Counted from the stretch's first letter, positions 6,764-15,166 are shown. The stretch is DNA of 18,664 nt from a virus (IMGVR_UViG_3300013099_000019), one strand, 5' to 3'. The notes: a model not told the origin generated them from the letters alone. Translations and numbers: made by a program.

Positions 6764-7175
6764 ATGGGTAAAAAAAGGTTATAAATCATTTGTCGGTAAA
6801 TATAATGCTTATACAGTTCTTTATATAACCAATACTGAAAATAAACATTCAAATCATCCAGAACAAGTAGTTTATCAAGGAGATAATGGAAAAATTTGGT
6901 CTCTGTCTTTAACTTCTTGGCCCGGAAAATTAATTGAAGAGCCTGAAGGTATAGTTAATGCTCCTTTAATCACTGATGCTCAACGTATTGAAGCTATAAT
7001 TGCTTTAGCCAAGTCAGAAGAATCTGATTTTATTCTTGAAATTTCTTCTTTTGAAGATACAGGTGATGGTGAGGAAGAAAAGGAAGAAGTTTCTTCAATA
7101 GAAATGTTCACTTTTGATACTCAATGGGTTTCAGGAAATTCAGTAAGAGAGTTATTGAATATGTTGGTGAAATAA
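6741..7175 (+). CDS. Hypothetical protein with a DUF1653-like N-terminal domain and an acidic C-terminus (start revised from 6657)
   Basis: GAGGA upstream of ATG 6741; YTVLYITN...HPEQVVYQGDNGKIWSLSL resembles the DUF1653-like Y.V...PxxVVY...G.xW pattern. Family call is tentative. Confidence 0.6.
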   Translation: MTPKIHSRWVKKGYKSFVGKYNAYTVLYITNTENKHSNHPEQVVYQGDNGKIWSLSLTSWPGKLIEEPEGIVNAPLITDAQRIEAIIALAKSEESDFILEISSFEDTGDGEEEKEEVSSIEMFTFDTQWVSGNSVRELLNMLVK

Positions 7176-7415
7176 ATGAATTTAAAAAATGATGTTGTAA
7201 AAAACTATGAAGATTTAGCTATGCGTCTTTATCCACTTGGATTTAAACAAGTAAAAGGAATACCTGGATTTTTCTATCATGAAATAATAAGAAAAACTTT
7301 TGATTTTTCATCTAATAGCCCTGCAGGAGCAATGAAAGCTGTTTATGTTGAAGCATTTAATGTAGGAGCAGAAGCTGTAAAAAAAGATTTACGTAAACTT
7401 ATAGGAATGAGTTAA
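7176..7415 (+). CDS. Hypothetical protein, 79 aa
   Basis: ORF track; abuts the previous stop. Confidence 0.75.
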   Translation: MNLKNDVVKNYEDLAMRLYPLGFKQVKGIPGFFYHEIIRKTFDFSSNSPAGAMKAVYVEAFNVGAEAVKKDLRKLIGMS

Positions 7416-7417
7416 TT

Positions 7418-7840
7418 ATGCGTGTTAAATTACAATCTTCAGAAGAAGCTAAAAAAGAATTATTAATCATGTTTAATTCCAGTAATTGGAATGAAGGACC
7501 AATCAATACGGCTTTTGTAGGATTATCTATTATAGGTATAGACGGGCAACAATATGGTAGTTACAGCATAATAAGAAGAGAAGAGCTGCAAGGTAGACAT
7601 TATATTGTAGAAAGATGGGATAAACGACCACACATTGTTTTACTTGATACTATTTTTGATCACACAAAACCTTACGCATTTGCCTATCATAAACTTGATA
7701 TGCCTTCTCTTTTACGTCGCCGAAGATATAAAAGATATAAACTCGGAAAACTTTCTTATTTAGGTATATACGGTTGGGATAAAAACTTAAGAAAAGGTAA
7801 CAAAAATGGAAAAAAAAGAAGCTTTGGAATTAGTTCGTAA
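7418..7840 (+). CDS. Hypothetical basic protein, 140 aa
   Basis: ORF track; tightly packed. Confidence 0.7.
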   Translation: MRVKLQSSEEAKKELLIMFNSSNWNEGPINTAFVGLSIIGIDGQQYGSYSIIRREELQGRHYIVERWDKRPHIVLLDTIFDHTKPYAFAYHKLDMPSLLRRRRYKRYKLGKLSYLGIYGWDKNLRKGNKNGKKRSFGISS

Positions 7841-8147
7841 AACTATTAAATTAAAAAAAGCTAAGGGTGACTGGAAAGTTAATGATAAATCAGTAGTAGA
7901 AGCCCTTGAATTATTAATTCCTAAATTAAAACCACATAATAAAAATATTACAGAGGTAGCTGATATAAAAATAACTACAAGGTTTAGAGAGTCTACAGCA
8001 GAATGGCTAGGAGAATTTGTTATCGATAGTGAACTATATGATACTATTTCTCAAAATAAATACACAGCTAAAACAGAAAGAGAAGGTTTATTAACAGCTT
8101 TTTCTGCTTTAGCGGGAGAATTACTAAATATGACGCTTACAAAATGA
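7806..8147 (+). CDS. Hypothetical protein, 113 aa
   Basis: ORF track; AAGGT upstream; ATGA overlap with the next gene. Confidence 0.75.
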   Translation: MEKKEALELVRKTIKLKKAKGDWKVNDKSVVEALELLIPKLKPHNKNITEVADIKITTRFRESTAEWLGEFVIDSELYDTISQNKYTAKTEREGLLTAFSALAGELLNMTLTK

Positions 8148-8410
8148 AAATAAAATTTGAATTTCCGGGAAGTCGGAAAATAAGAAATCAATTTTTTTGG
8201 TTAACTGTTTATAAAAATGGTCAACCTCTTTGGTGGTCAGAACAAGATAATATTTGGCTTAGAAAACCAATATTTGATGCCAGTTCCACAAAAAGGTGTA
8301 GTTCTGTTAAGGCTTTTAAACGGCATATAAGAAAACATGCTGAACTTAAGGAATGTACTGCTATTTTAGTAAGTATGTTTGAAGGGCATGATGTTATCTG
8401 TAATGTTTAA
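8144..8410 (+). CDS. Hypothetical phage protein, 88 aa
   Basis: ORF track; CSSVKAFKRHIRKH motif. Confidence 0.75.
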   Translation: MKIKFEFPGSRKIRNQFFWLTVYKNGQPLWWSEQDNIWLRKPIFDASSTKRCSSVKAFKRHIRKHAELKECTAILVSMFEGHDVICNV

Positions 8411-8421
8411 AAAGGAAAATT

Positions 8422-10506
8422 ATGATTAATTTAAATAAAATAGGTAAAGCTAATACAATATTTGCAGAAATACTCGAAGAAGACACTATTATACAATTTA
8501 CAGATGCTTTAAGTCAGCCTACTACTATTCGTGGTGCTTTAATGCCAGACGCACATTTAGGATATACTCTACCTATAGGTGCAGTAATTGAAACAAATGG
8601 TATGATATTTCCTTCTTACGTAGGGTTTGATATTGGCTGTACAGACTGTGAGACTGAATTTCTCACAAAAAATGGATGGAAATGCATAGATGCCTATAAC
8701 AATGAAGAGGTCATGATCTACGATGATCTAACCAATTCTTGTCATTTTGATCATCCAAAAGCCTATATAATTAATGATTGTGAGAATTTTTGGCATTTGA
8801 AGAATAAATCTGTAGATCAAATGCTTACTGGTGATCATAGAGTCATACTTTTTCCACAAAGGAATCCTTTTAATAGTATGGGAAGTGTAGCCTATCTAGA
8901 AACTCTAATTGATAAAAATAAAGCTCTTGCTAAAGGAATAACACAAGGTTTTAAAACAATAATACCATTAAATGACTCTTCTTTAGGCTTAGCCCTTACG
9001 GATGACGAGATACGAATGATAGTGGCCATTTCAGCAGATGGATGTATTAGAGCTTATGGTAGTATTGAGTTTCATATGGTAAAAACCAGAAAAATTACTA
9101 GATTAAAAATGCTAGTTAAATCATTAGGACTTGTGCTCAAGGAGTATAACATCAAAGATGGGTCCTTTGCCTGTTCTATATCTTTCTACAAGGCTATTAA
9201 AAACCTCGATATTTTTTGGAAAGCTAGCGCAAGGCAACTTTGTATTCTTGCTGAAGAGGTAAGATATTGGGACGGGCATATAAAAAAAGATGAGCGTATA
9301 ACTTATTCAACAAGTATAGAAGGTAATGCTCAAGTAGTTCAATATGCTTTTTCCGTTACAGGTTTTAGGACAAACATACATAAGGTTACCTATAAAGATG
9401 ATAAAGATTGGGCACCTACCTATACAGTATATACAACTAAAAATATACTCACACAATTTCCTAATCCTGGATACATACAAGAAGTGCCCTCCAAAGATGG
9501 AAAATCTTACTGCTTCTATACTGCTACTGGTTATTGGGTTATGCGTAGAGGTGGTAAAATAGCTATTACAGGAAACTGTGGAGTTTGTGCTGCTCCAATA
9601 ATGGCTAATATAAAAGATATTCGAGAAAATGCTAATAAAATTCAAAAACAAATTCTACTTGAAATACCTGTTGGCTTTCAAAAACATAAAAAAGAAGTTG
9701 CAAACGCTTCTACTTTTTTAAAAGATAAAGCTATTAAAAACAAACTCACTCATGAAATGTATCATATTTACCGTAAAAAACAAGGTAATTTACAGTTGGG
9801 TACTCTCGGTCAGGGCAACCACTTTATTGAAGTAGGAGTAGATGAAACAGAACGTGTATGGGTAATTATACATTCTGGATCACGAGGTATTGGTCATGGT
9901 TGTGCTACTCATTATATGAAATTAGCTCATCCAAATAATAAGGCAGGAGAAGGTCACTATGGTTTTGATGTAAATTCTTTTGAAGGTAAAAATTATATTA
10001 AAGATCTTGATTTTTGTCTTGATTACGCTTTACTTAACCGTAAAATTATGATTAACCTTGTAGTGGATGCGATTGAAAAATGTGGTATAAAATGTTATTA
10101 TAACTCTCAATCTCTTATCAACCGTAATCATAATCATGCCGAAACTAAGGATGGCAAAAAATGGATACATCGTAAAGGTGCAACTCATGCAGAAAAAGAT
10201 ATGCTAGGAGTAATACCTGGTAATATGCGAGATGGTTCTTTTATTGTAAAAGGACTTGGTAATCCTGACTCTTTATGTTCTTCTTCTCACGGTGCAGGTA
10301 GAATATTAGGACGCAAAAAAGCAAAAGAAAGTCTTGATATGGAAGAATTTACACAAACTATGCAGGGTATAGTAGCAAATGTATCAAAAAGTACTTTGGA
10401 TGAATCTCCTATGGCCTATAAAAATATTTTTGAAGTAATGAAATTACAAAAAAATCTTGTCGAAGTAATAAATTATGTTAAACCTATATTAAATGTAAAA
10501 GGCTAG
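8422..10506 (+). CDS. rtcB: RtcB RNA 3'-phosphate/5'-OH ligase precursor with an intein (381-aa spliced product)
   Basis: Full RtcB motif set: MPDAH, GFDIG|C, GQGNHFIEV, IHSGSRG, HNHA, HRKGAT, IPGNM, SSSHGAGR (guanylated His), DESPMAYK, terminal KG. Confidence 0.95.
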   Translation: MINLNKIGKANTIFAEILEEDTIIQFTDALSQPTTIRGALMPDAHLGYTLPIGAVIETNGMIFPSYVGFDIGCTDCETEFLTKNGWKCIDAYNNEEVMIYDDLTNSCHFDHPKAYIINDCENFWHLKNKSVDQMLTGDHRVILFPQRNPFNSMGSVAYLETLIDKNKALAKGITQGFKTIIPLNDSSLGLALTDDEIRMIVAISADGCIRAYGSIEFHMVKTRKITRLKMLVKSLGLVLKEYNIKDGSFACSISFYKAIKNLDIFWKASARQLCILAEEVRYWDGHIKKDERITYSTSIEGNAQVVQYAFSVTGFRTNIHKVTYKDDKDWAPTYTVYTTKNILTQFPNPGYIQEVPSKDGKSYCFYTATGYWVMRRGGKIAITGNCGVCAAPIMANIKDIRENANKIQKQILLEIPVGFQKHKKEVANASTFLKDKAIKNKLTHEMYHIYRKKQGNLQLGTLGQGNHFIEVGVDETERVWVIIHSGSRGIGHGCATHYMKLAHPNNKAGEGHYGFDVNSFEGKNYIKDLDFCLDYALLNRKIMINLVVDAIEKCGIKCYYNSQSLINRNHNHAETKDGKKWIHRKGATHAEKDMLGVIPGNMRDGSFIVKGLGNPDSLCSSSHGAGRILGRKKAKESLDMEEFTQTMQGIVANVSKSTLDESPMAYKNIFEVMKLQKNLVEVINYVKPILNVKG
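8638..9576 (+). mobile_element. Intein, 313 aa (aa 73-385), with a LAGLIDADG-type endonuclease region
   Basis: Block A CTDCETEFLTKNGWK; block B MLTGDH; LAGLIDADG-like MIVAISADG and EVRYWDG; C-terminal blocks YCFYTATGYWVMRRGGKIAITGN followed by extein Cys. Removal restores GFDIG-CGVCA. Confidence 0.92.
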
Positions 10507-10604
10507 TCATATCAAAATTATCTATAGAATGCTTATTGAATAAAAAAACTACTCGTATTAAATAGTTTAAATCCAGGCAAGTAAAAAAATTAAGGAGAAT
10601 TACA

Positions 10605-11087
10605 ATGGATATTAAAAAATTGTATCTTGAAAAAATAGTATGGTATAAATGGGTAGAATGTTATATTGATGTTCTTTCTTCAGGTAATGTTTGGAAACAG
10701 GGTAGTGCTCAAATAAGAATTGTTCCTAAAAGTGGAGTAACAGAAAGAACAAATGATGAGCATAGTAAAGTAATTATTCAACATGACGGTAGATGGCTTT
10801 TTGTAAATAATGAACATCTTTCTTTTACAGCTCCTCCAAAAAAGATTGTCTGGCGCAAAACAAAATCAAACGTTATTGGCAATTATGATATTAATATGTA
10901 CAAAAAGTTAATAACTTTACTTGTAGAAGGTAAAACTCTTGTATTAAAATTTGATACTGTAGAAGAAATCAAAGTTAAAATGGATAGTAAAGAAAATATT
11001 ACACATGAACCTTTTATTGAAACAACAAAAGTACTTGATGCCATGGTTATAAAAAAAGACTATTTTGATTGGTACGAATTAACTTAA
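10605..11087 (+). CDS. Hypothetical protein, 160 aa
   Basis: ORF track; AAGGAG RBS. Confidence 0.8.
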   Translation: MDIKKLYLEKIVWYKWVECYIDVLSSGNVWKQGSAQIRIVPKSGVTERTNDEHSKVIIQHDGRWLFVNNEHLSFTAPPKKIVWRKTKSNVIGNYDINMYKKLITLLVEGKTLVLKFDTVEEIKVKMDSKENITHEPFIETTKVLDAMVIKKDYFDWYELT

Positions 11088-11098
11088 GGAGAATTAAT

Positions 11099-11278
11099 AT
11101 GCCAGTAGTAAAATTACTACCTATAAAAAGATGTGGTCAATGTCATTACCTTATTTATAGTCGTTTAGGTAACCATGGTTGTTCAATATCAAATGACAAG
11201 CCTGTAACTAATTTAAATTCAATACCAACTTGGTGTGAATTAACTACAACTACACAAATAGACAGGACAAAAAAATAA
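11099..11278 (+). CDS. Four-Cys microprotein, 59 aa (start revised from 11069)
   Basis: AAGGAG precedes ATG 11099; CGQC...GC...IPTWCEL. Confidence 0.7.
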   Translation: MPVVKLLPIKRCGQCHYLIYSRLGNHGCSISNDKPVTNLNSIPTWCELTTTTQIDRTKK

Positions 11279-11344
11279 TGAATTATATAATTGTATGTAT
11301 TTCTATAGTATTGTATATATTACTTTCAATTTAAAGGCGTAATT

Positions 11345-12091
11345 ATGAATCATTATAAATGGTTAGATAAAAACTTTAAAGTATTTTTAAATAATCTTGA
11401 ACAAGGAGACCTTTGGAAAAATAATAAAAGTATTATTTTAACTCATGGTGATAAATGTTACGGGTATGAAGATCGTTGGAAGAAAAAGGGAATACCTTTT
11501 GAACATGGAGTAGCTATATATTTACTCAGCTATATAAAACCTTGGACAGATTATGTAAGAGTAACAGTTGATGGTTGGGTAGATCCTTGTGAATGGGTAG
11601 AAAAAAACTATACAAATTTTGAAAATTTTCTGCCCGTGTCAATAATGGAAGAAAAAGAAATAGCTGATAAAATTGATATTTATAAAGGAGATTATGGTTG
11701 TAAAATAGCAGGTAATGAAGTTTCTTTTAAAGAATTAAGAGAAGATGTGTTAGCAGCAAAGAAAAGTGGTCTCTCTAATTCTTTAGCTTTTTGCCCAGAA
11801 ACTGTTGAAGCTCTTCTTACTTCTATTGAAAGTTTAATTTCAAATAAAGGTAAAATAATGCCAAGTAATCAAGTTCAATTCATGCCAAAAGAACAAAAGA
11901 TAAAGAAATTAAACGAATTATTAGATACTTGGGATACAAAAGTAATTTATACTGTAACAGTTATGGCTAGAAGAGATTTAGCAAAAGGATTTTTTAAATC
12001 TGCCATACTACGTTTAAGACAAGAATATGATAAAATGTATTCTTATAAACCTCTACAAAAATTTATAAATGATTGCTATGAAAGTATATAA
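11345..12091 (+). CDS. Hypothetical, possibly multi-domain, protein, 248 aa
   Basis: ORF track; no recognised function. Confidence 0.8.
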   Translation: MNHYKWLDKNFKVFLNNLEQGDLWKNNKSIILTHGDKCYGYEDRWKKKGIPFEHGVAIYLLSYIKPWTDYVRVTVDGWVDPCEWVEKNYTNFENFLPVSIMEEKEIADKIDIYKGDYGCKIAGNEVSFKELREDVLAAKKSGLSNSLAFCPETVEALLTSIESLISNKGKIMPSNQVQFMPKEQKIKKLNELLDTWDTKVIYTVTVMARRDLAKGFFKSAILRLRQEYDKMYSYKPLQKFINDCYESI

Positions 12092-12332
12092 TAAAAGAAT
12101 ACCTGTAGATAAATTTAAACTTTTTCATGAAGCTCTTTGTGCTAATAATGGTAGATACCTTGCTAGCCCAAGAAGAGAAGCTGTAGGAAAACATTTCAGT
12201 TGTGATTATGAAATTGAAAATTCTGACAAATTTAATTTGACTCTTAATAGAATTTTTAATAAATTTGTAGAAATAGACAGCTCTCAATGGTGGCGAAGAA
12301 TACTTCGTCGTTATTTTAAAATTAAGGTATAA
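12069..12332 (+). CDS. Hypothetical protein, about 84-87 aa (start 12069 or 12078)
   Basis: ORF track; basic amphipathic C-terminus SQWWRRILRRYF. Confidence 0.7.
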   Translation: MIAMKVYNKRIPVDKFKLFHEALCANNGRYLASPRREAVGKHFSCDYEIENSDKFNLTLNRIFNKFVEIDSSQWWRRILRRYFKIKV

Positions 12333-12338
12333 AGTCTT

Positions 12339-12638
12339 ATGTGTAAAGAAAGTAAAAAAGTTAGAGCATTATCCAATTTTTCTAAAAATCCAAGACTAAT
12401 TAAACATACAAAATGTGCTAATTGTATGCATTATTTTAATTCAGCTATGTGTGAAACTTGTAGTGAGTTTAAACATGTATCCTCTGGTAAATTCTTACCA
12501 TGTTTTCAAGATATTAATAACGTTTTATACCCAATTTTACCAGTACCTATAGTGGCTAAAGAAATATTTAAGTATTTAAAATCAAAAGATTTTACACATC
12601 GTCCTGATAGGCAAAAAATCTATATTGTAGAGGTATAA
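12339..12638 (+). CDS. Cys-rich hypothetical protein, 99 aa
   Basis: ORF track; CANC-x7-CETC...PCF. Confidence 0.7.
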   Translation: MCKESKKVRALSNFSKNPRLIKHTKCANCMHYFNSAMCETCSEFKHVSSGKFLPCFQDINNVLYPILPVPIVAKEIFKYLKSKDFTHRPDRQKIYIVEV

Positions 12639-12639
12639 A

Positions 12640-12945
12640 ATGTTTGTATCAAAAGCAAAATATAATAACATAAGAGCTGAATTAATAAAAGTACGTTATG
12701 AAGTTATTGAGTTAAGACTTGATAAAAGTAGCGTATATAATAAGTATAATGCTCTTATTGATAGAATAAATCTTCTTGGAGGAAAAGAATTTTTAGAAAA
12801 AGCAAAAATAGTAGATACAGAATCTATAGGTTTTACTGATAAAGAATTAAAAGACCTACTTATGTTGTGCCATCCAGATAAACATAATAATGCATCTTTA
12901 GCCCAAGCAGTAACTCAAAAAATTAACGCACTAAGAGGTAAATAA
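12640..12945 (+). CDS. Coiled-coil protein with a truncated J-domain (HPD)
   Basis: C-terminal ELKDLLMLCHPDKHNNASLAQAVTQKINALR has the helix II-HPD-helix III layout of DnaJ domains (HPD at 12871-12879). Confidence 0.65.
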   Translation: MFVSKAKYNNIRAELIKVRYEVIELRLDKSSVYNKYNALIDRINLLGGKEFLEKAKIVDTESIGFTDKELKDLLMLCHPDKHNNASLAQAVTQKINALRGK

Positions 12946-13205
12946 TGGCAATAAAAAGTAAAGATATTATAGATTTCTTTGATCCTTATAATGTTGAGCA
13001 TCTTGTAGCATATAAAGTGCTTGATTATACAGGAAATTGGCCAGAAAATTTTATTCCTGAAGATATTAGCTTTAGTGCTAATTGGCAAATTGTTATAGCC
13101 TTTAAAATGGCTTTAGTTTTAGTAAAACTTGGTATTGATGGACAAATTATAGGCATGCCACCACATGTACCACCGTCGCAGTTTGATTTAAGTAAACTTG
13201 TTTAA
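12945..13205 (+). CDS. Hypothetical protein, 86 aa
   Basis: ORF track; TAATG coupling. Confidence 0.75.
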   Translation: MAIKSKDIIDFFDPYNVEHLVAYKVLDYTGNWPENFIPEDISFSANWQIVIAFKMALVLVKLGIDGQIIGMPPHVPPSQFDLSKLV

Positions 13206-13236
13206 ATAATTATTTATTTTTTGAGAGGGAAATAAA

Positions 13237-13959
13237 ATGAACAAAAAAGAATGGGACAACAGGTCTATAGCTAAAGTAATTATTGCTAATGATAAAAATA
13301 TTACTAGTAAACAATTAGCTGTTTATTTTAAAGTAAGTACTAATGCCATATATAATGTGATAAGTAAGTATAGAACTGGTAAATTAAGTGAAGAAAACAC
13401 AAATTTAGTACAAAAGATAATAAGTTTTTTCCCATACGAAAGTGTTGAAACATTATGTAAGGATATACTTATGTGTGCTAATAAACCTGTCAAATATGGA
13501 ACTCGAAAACATCGAAAAATATGGACAAATGAAGAAAGAGCTCAAATAATTGCCGCTAGAGCTAATAATGTTACTTTTAAACAGATAGCTAATTATTTTA
13601 AAGTACACTACCATAGCGTACATGGCGTTAATCACATGTATAAAAATAGAAAATACAACCTTAATACTATAAACAGTATACGTAGTATTTTACGTTCTTT
13701 TACTTATGAAGATGATTTAAAACTGTGTACTGCTATGAATAAAAGTAAAAGTACTTCTACAAAAATACCTCAATTCAAAAAATCAAAAGATACTTATGTA
13801 GTAGGTCATGTAGATAGTAATAATAATATTATTACTATAAAATCAAACAAGTTGAACAAAGAAGAAGCTGTAAACACTTTAAATACGTCTGTTATTTGTA
13901 ATGCAAAGATTTTTAAACTTGTTGAAATGAAAGTAATAAGTCATTTAGAGGAAGCATAA
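13237..13959 (+). CDS. Tandem-HTH putative DNA-binding protein, 240 aa
   Basis: Two gapless 90-aa-period repeats: W6/W96, KQ(L/I)A.YFKV at 25-33/115-123, F.YE...LC ending at 74/164; HTH-like pattern. Confidence 0.7.
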   Translation: MNKKEWDNRSIAKVIIANDKNITSKQLAVYFKVSTNAIYNVISKYRTGKLSEENTNLVQKIISFFPYESVETLCKDILMCANKPVKYGTRKHRKIWTNEERAQIIAARANNVTFKQIANYFKVHYHSVHGVNHMYKNRKYNLNTINSIRSILRSFTYEDDLKLCTAMNKSKSTSTKIPQFKKSKDTYVVGHVDSNNNIITIKSNKLNKEEAVNTLNTSVICNAKIFKLVEMKVISHLEEA

Positions 13960-14927
13960 TGAGTGGAATAAATTATATTTCTCCTTGGATTTTCACTACG
14001 GACAAGTGTAATCTTGCTTGTCCGTATTGTTATGTTAAGCAAAAAGATTTTGATATGTCTGAGCTTACTTTATTTTACATATTAAATAAATTTTCTAAAT
14101 TACTTGATACAAAGCAAGTAGATAAAGTAGTACTACGAATAGCAGGTGGAGAACCAATGCTTGCTTTTAATACTTGGGCTGGTCCAATAGAATATTTTCT
14201 TCAAAGTTACCCTAAACAAGCATCTGCAGGTTTAATTAGTAATCTTACTATACTTAAACCTTGGCATATTAATTATCTTAATTTTAATAAATTTGGTTTT
14301 GGTATTTCTCTGGATGGTTGGTCTTTTTCTAAAGAATTTAAAAATGGCAAATCCTCAGCTGAATATGTAAGACATAATATCGACACTTTGGCTAAAGGTA
14401 CAAAAGGTGGGTACAATAAAATAGATATATCTACAGTAATAACTTCTAAAAGTATTAATGATATTGAAATACTCGCTGAATGGGTAGCTATTAGAAATAT
14501 GAATTGGGGAGTGTACCTTGATCATTATTATGATGATGAGTTTAATATTGAATTTCTTGCAAAAAAGTTGTTTCAAGTTATTGACATTTTATTTGATAAA
14601 GGTTATGACGTATTAAATAAGTTTAAATTTAATAATGTAAAATTATCTTCTACTTATGACGGTTGTACTGCTGGTCAAAATCTAATAGCCATAGATACTA
14701 AAGGTTATGTTTATGACTGTCAAACTGCTATATATGGTACACCTAATTGTCATATTAAAGAGTATGTTCCAAGGACTATACCTAAACATACTACACCTGA
14801 ACGTTGCAATGATTGCCCAATAAAGGAATATTGTCGGGGTGGTTGTAAGCTTAATAATAATTTCGGCGATACTTGTAGTTTAATGCTACTTGTAAATAGC
14901 CATATTCTTTCAAAAATGGAGATCTAA
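13959..14927 (+). CDS. Radical SAM enzyme with a SPASM domain (anSME/thioether-maturase-like), 322 aa
   Basis: CNLACPYC (C17/C21/C24), GGEP, ISLDG; SPASM Cys pattern C-x17-C (CTAG...GYVYDC) ... Cx2Cx5Cx3C (CNDCPIKEYCRGGC)-x9-C. Confidence 0.9.
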   Translation: MSGINYISPWIFTTDKCNLACPYCYVKQKDFDMSELTLFYILNKFSKLLDTKQVDKVVLRIAGGEPMLAFNTWAGPIEYFLQSYPKQASAGLISNLTILKPWHINYLNFNKFGFGISLDGWSFSKEFKNGKSSAEYVRHNIDTLAKGTKGGYNKIDISTVITSKSINDIEILAEWVAIRNMNWGVYLDHYYDDEFNIEFLAKKLFQVIDILFDKGYDVLNKFKFNNVKLSSTYDGCTAGQNLIAIDTKGYVYDCQTAIYGTPNCHIKEYVPRTIPKHTTPERCNDCPIKEYCRGGCKLNNNFGDTCSLMLLVNSHILSKMEI

Positions 14928-14929
14928 TC

Positions 14930-15166
14930 ATGCCTAGTTGTGATGGAAGTAATTGTGGAGCTTGTTCAAGTAATTGTAATTGTAGCATATCTAATAACAG
15001 TGCAGAAGCTAAGGCTGAATTAAAAAAAGTAAAGGCTAAACTTACACAAGCCTTAAAAGAAAATGCACAATTACGAGATATTATTATTGAAAAAGAACTT
15101 ACACCTAAAGAACTTAAACCTAAAAAAGTTATACGTAGAAAGGTTATACGTAAAACAAATAATTAA
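14930..15166 (+). CDS. Cys-rich peptide with a coiled-coil/basic tail, candidate rSAM substrate, 78 aa
   Basis: GGAG RBS inside the rSAM 3' end, ATG 2 nt after its stop; five Cys in the first 18 residues (C4, C9, C12, C16, C18). The substrate role is inferred. Confidence 0.7.
   Translation: MPSCDGSNCGACSSNCNCSISNNSAEAKAELKKVKAKLTQALKENAQLRDIIIEKELTPKELKPKKVIRRKVIRKTNN

Noticed and set aside
6554-7175. Overlapping lipoprotein and next ORF as an Rz/Rz1 spanin pair
   Set aside because: The partner ORF has no N-terminal TM or coiled coil, and no lysis genes are nearby.
10507-10604. tRNA or terminator after rtcB; similarly 17815-17898
   Set aside because: No cloverleaf, T-loop (GTTC) or GC stem followed by a U-tract is visible.
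11278-11334. 18-aa hydrophobic ORF MNYIIVCISIVLYILLSI with TAATG coupling
   Set aside because: Too short to support without translation data; such frames arise readily in AT-rich DNA.
13237-13959. Upstream HTH protein as a stand-alone RiPP recognition element (PqqD-like)
   Set aside because: The repeats look like classical W-x-helix HTH units, not the three-strand/three-helix PqqD fold. No sequence support.
13959-14927. rSAM as an anaerobic sulfatase maturase, QueE, NrdG or viperin-like enzyme
   Set aside because: QueE, NrdG and viperin lack this SPASM Cys array. anSME is structurally possible, but no sulfatase lies in the window while a Cys-rich peptide is adjacent. A distant target cannot be excluded.
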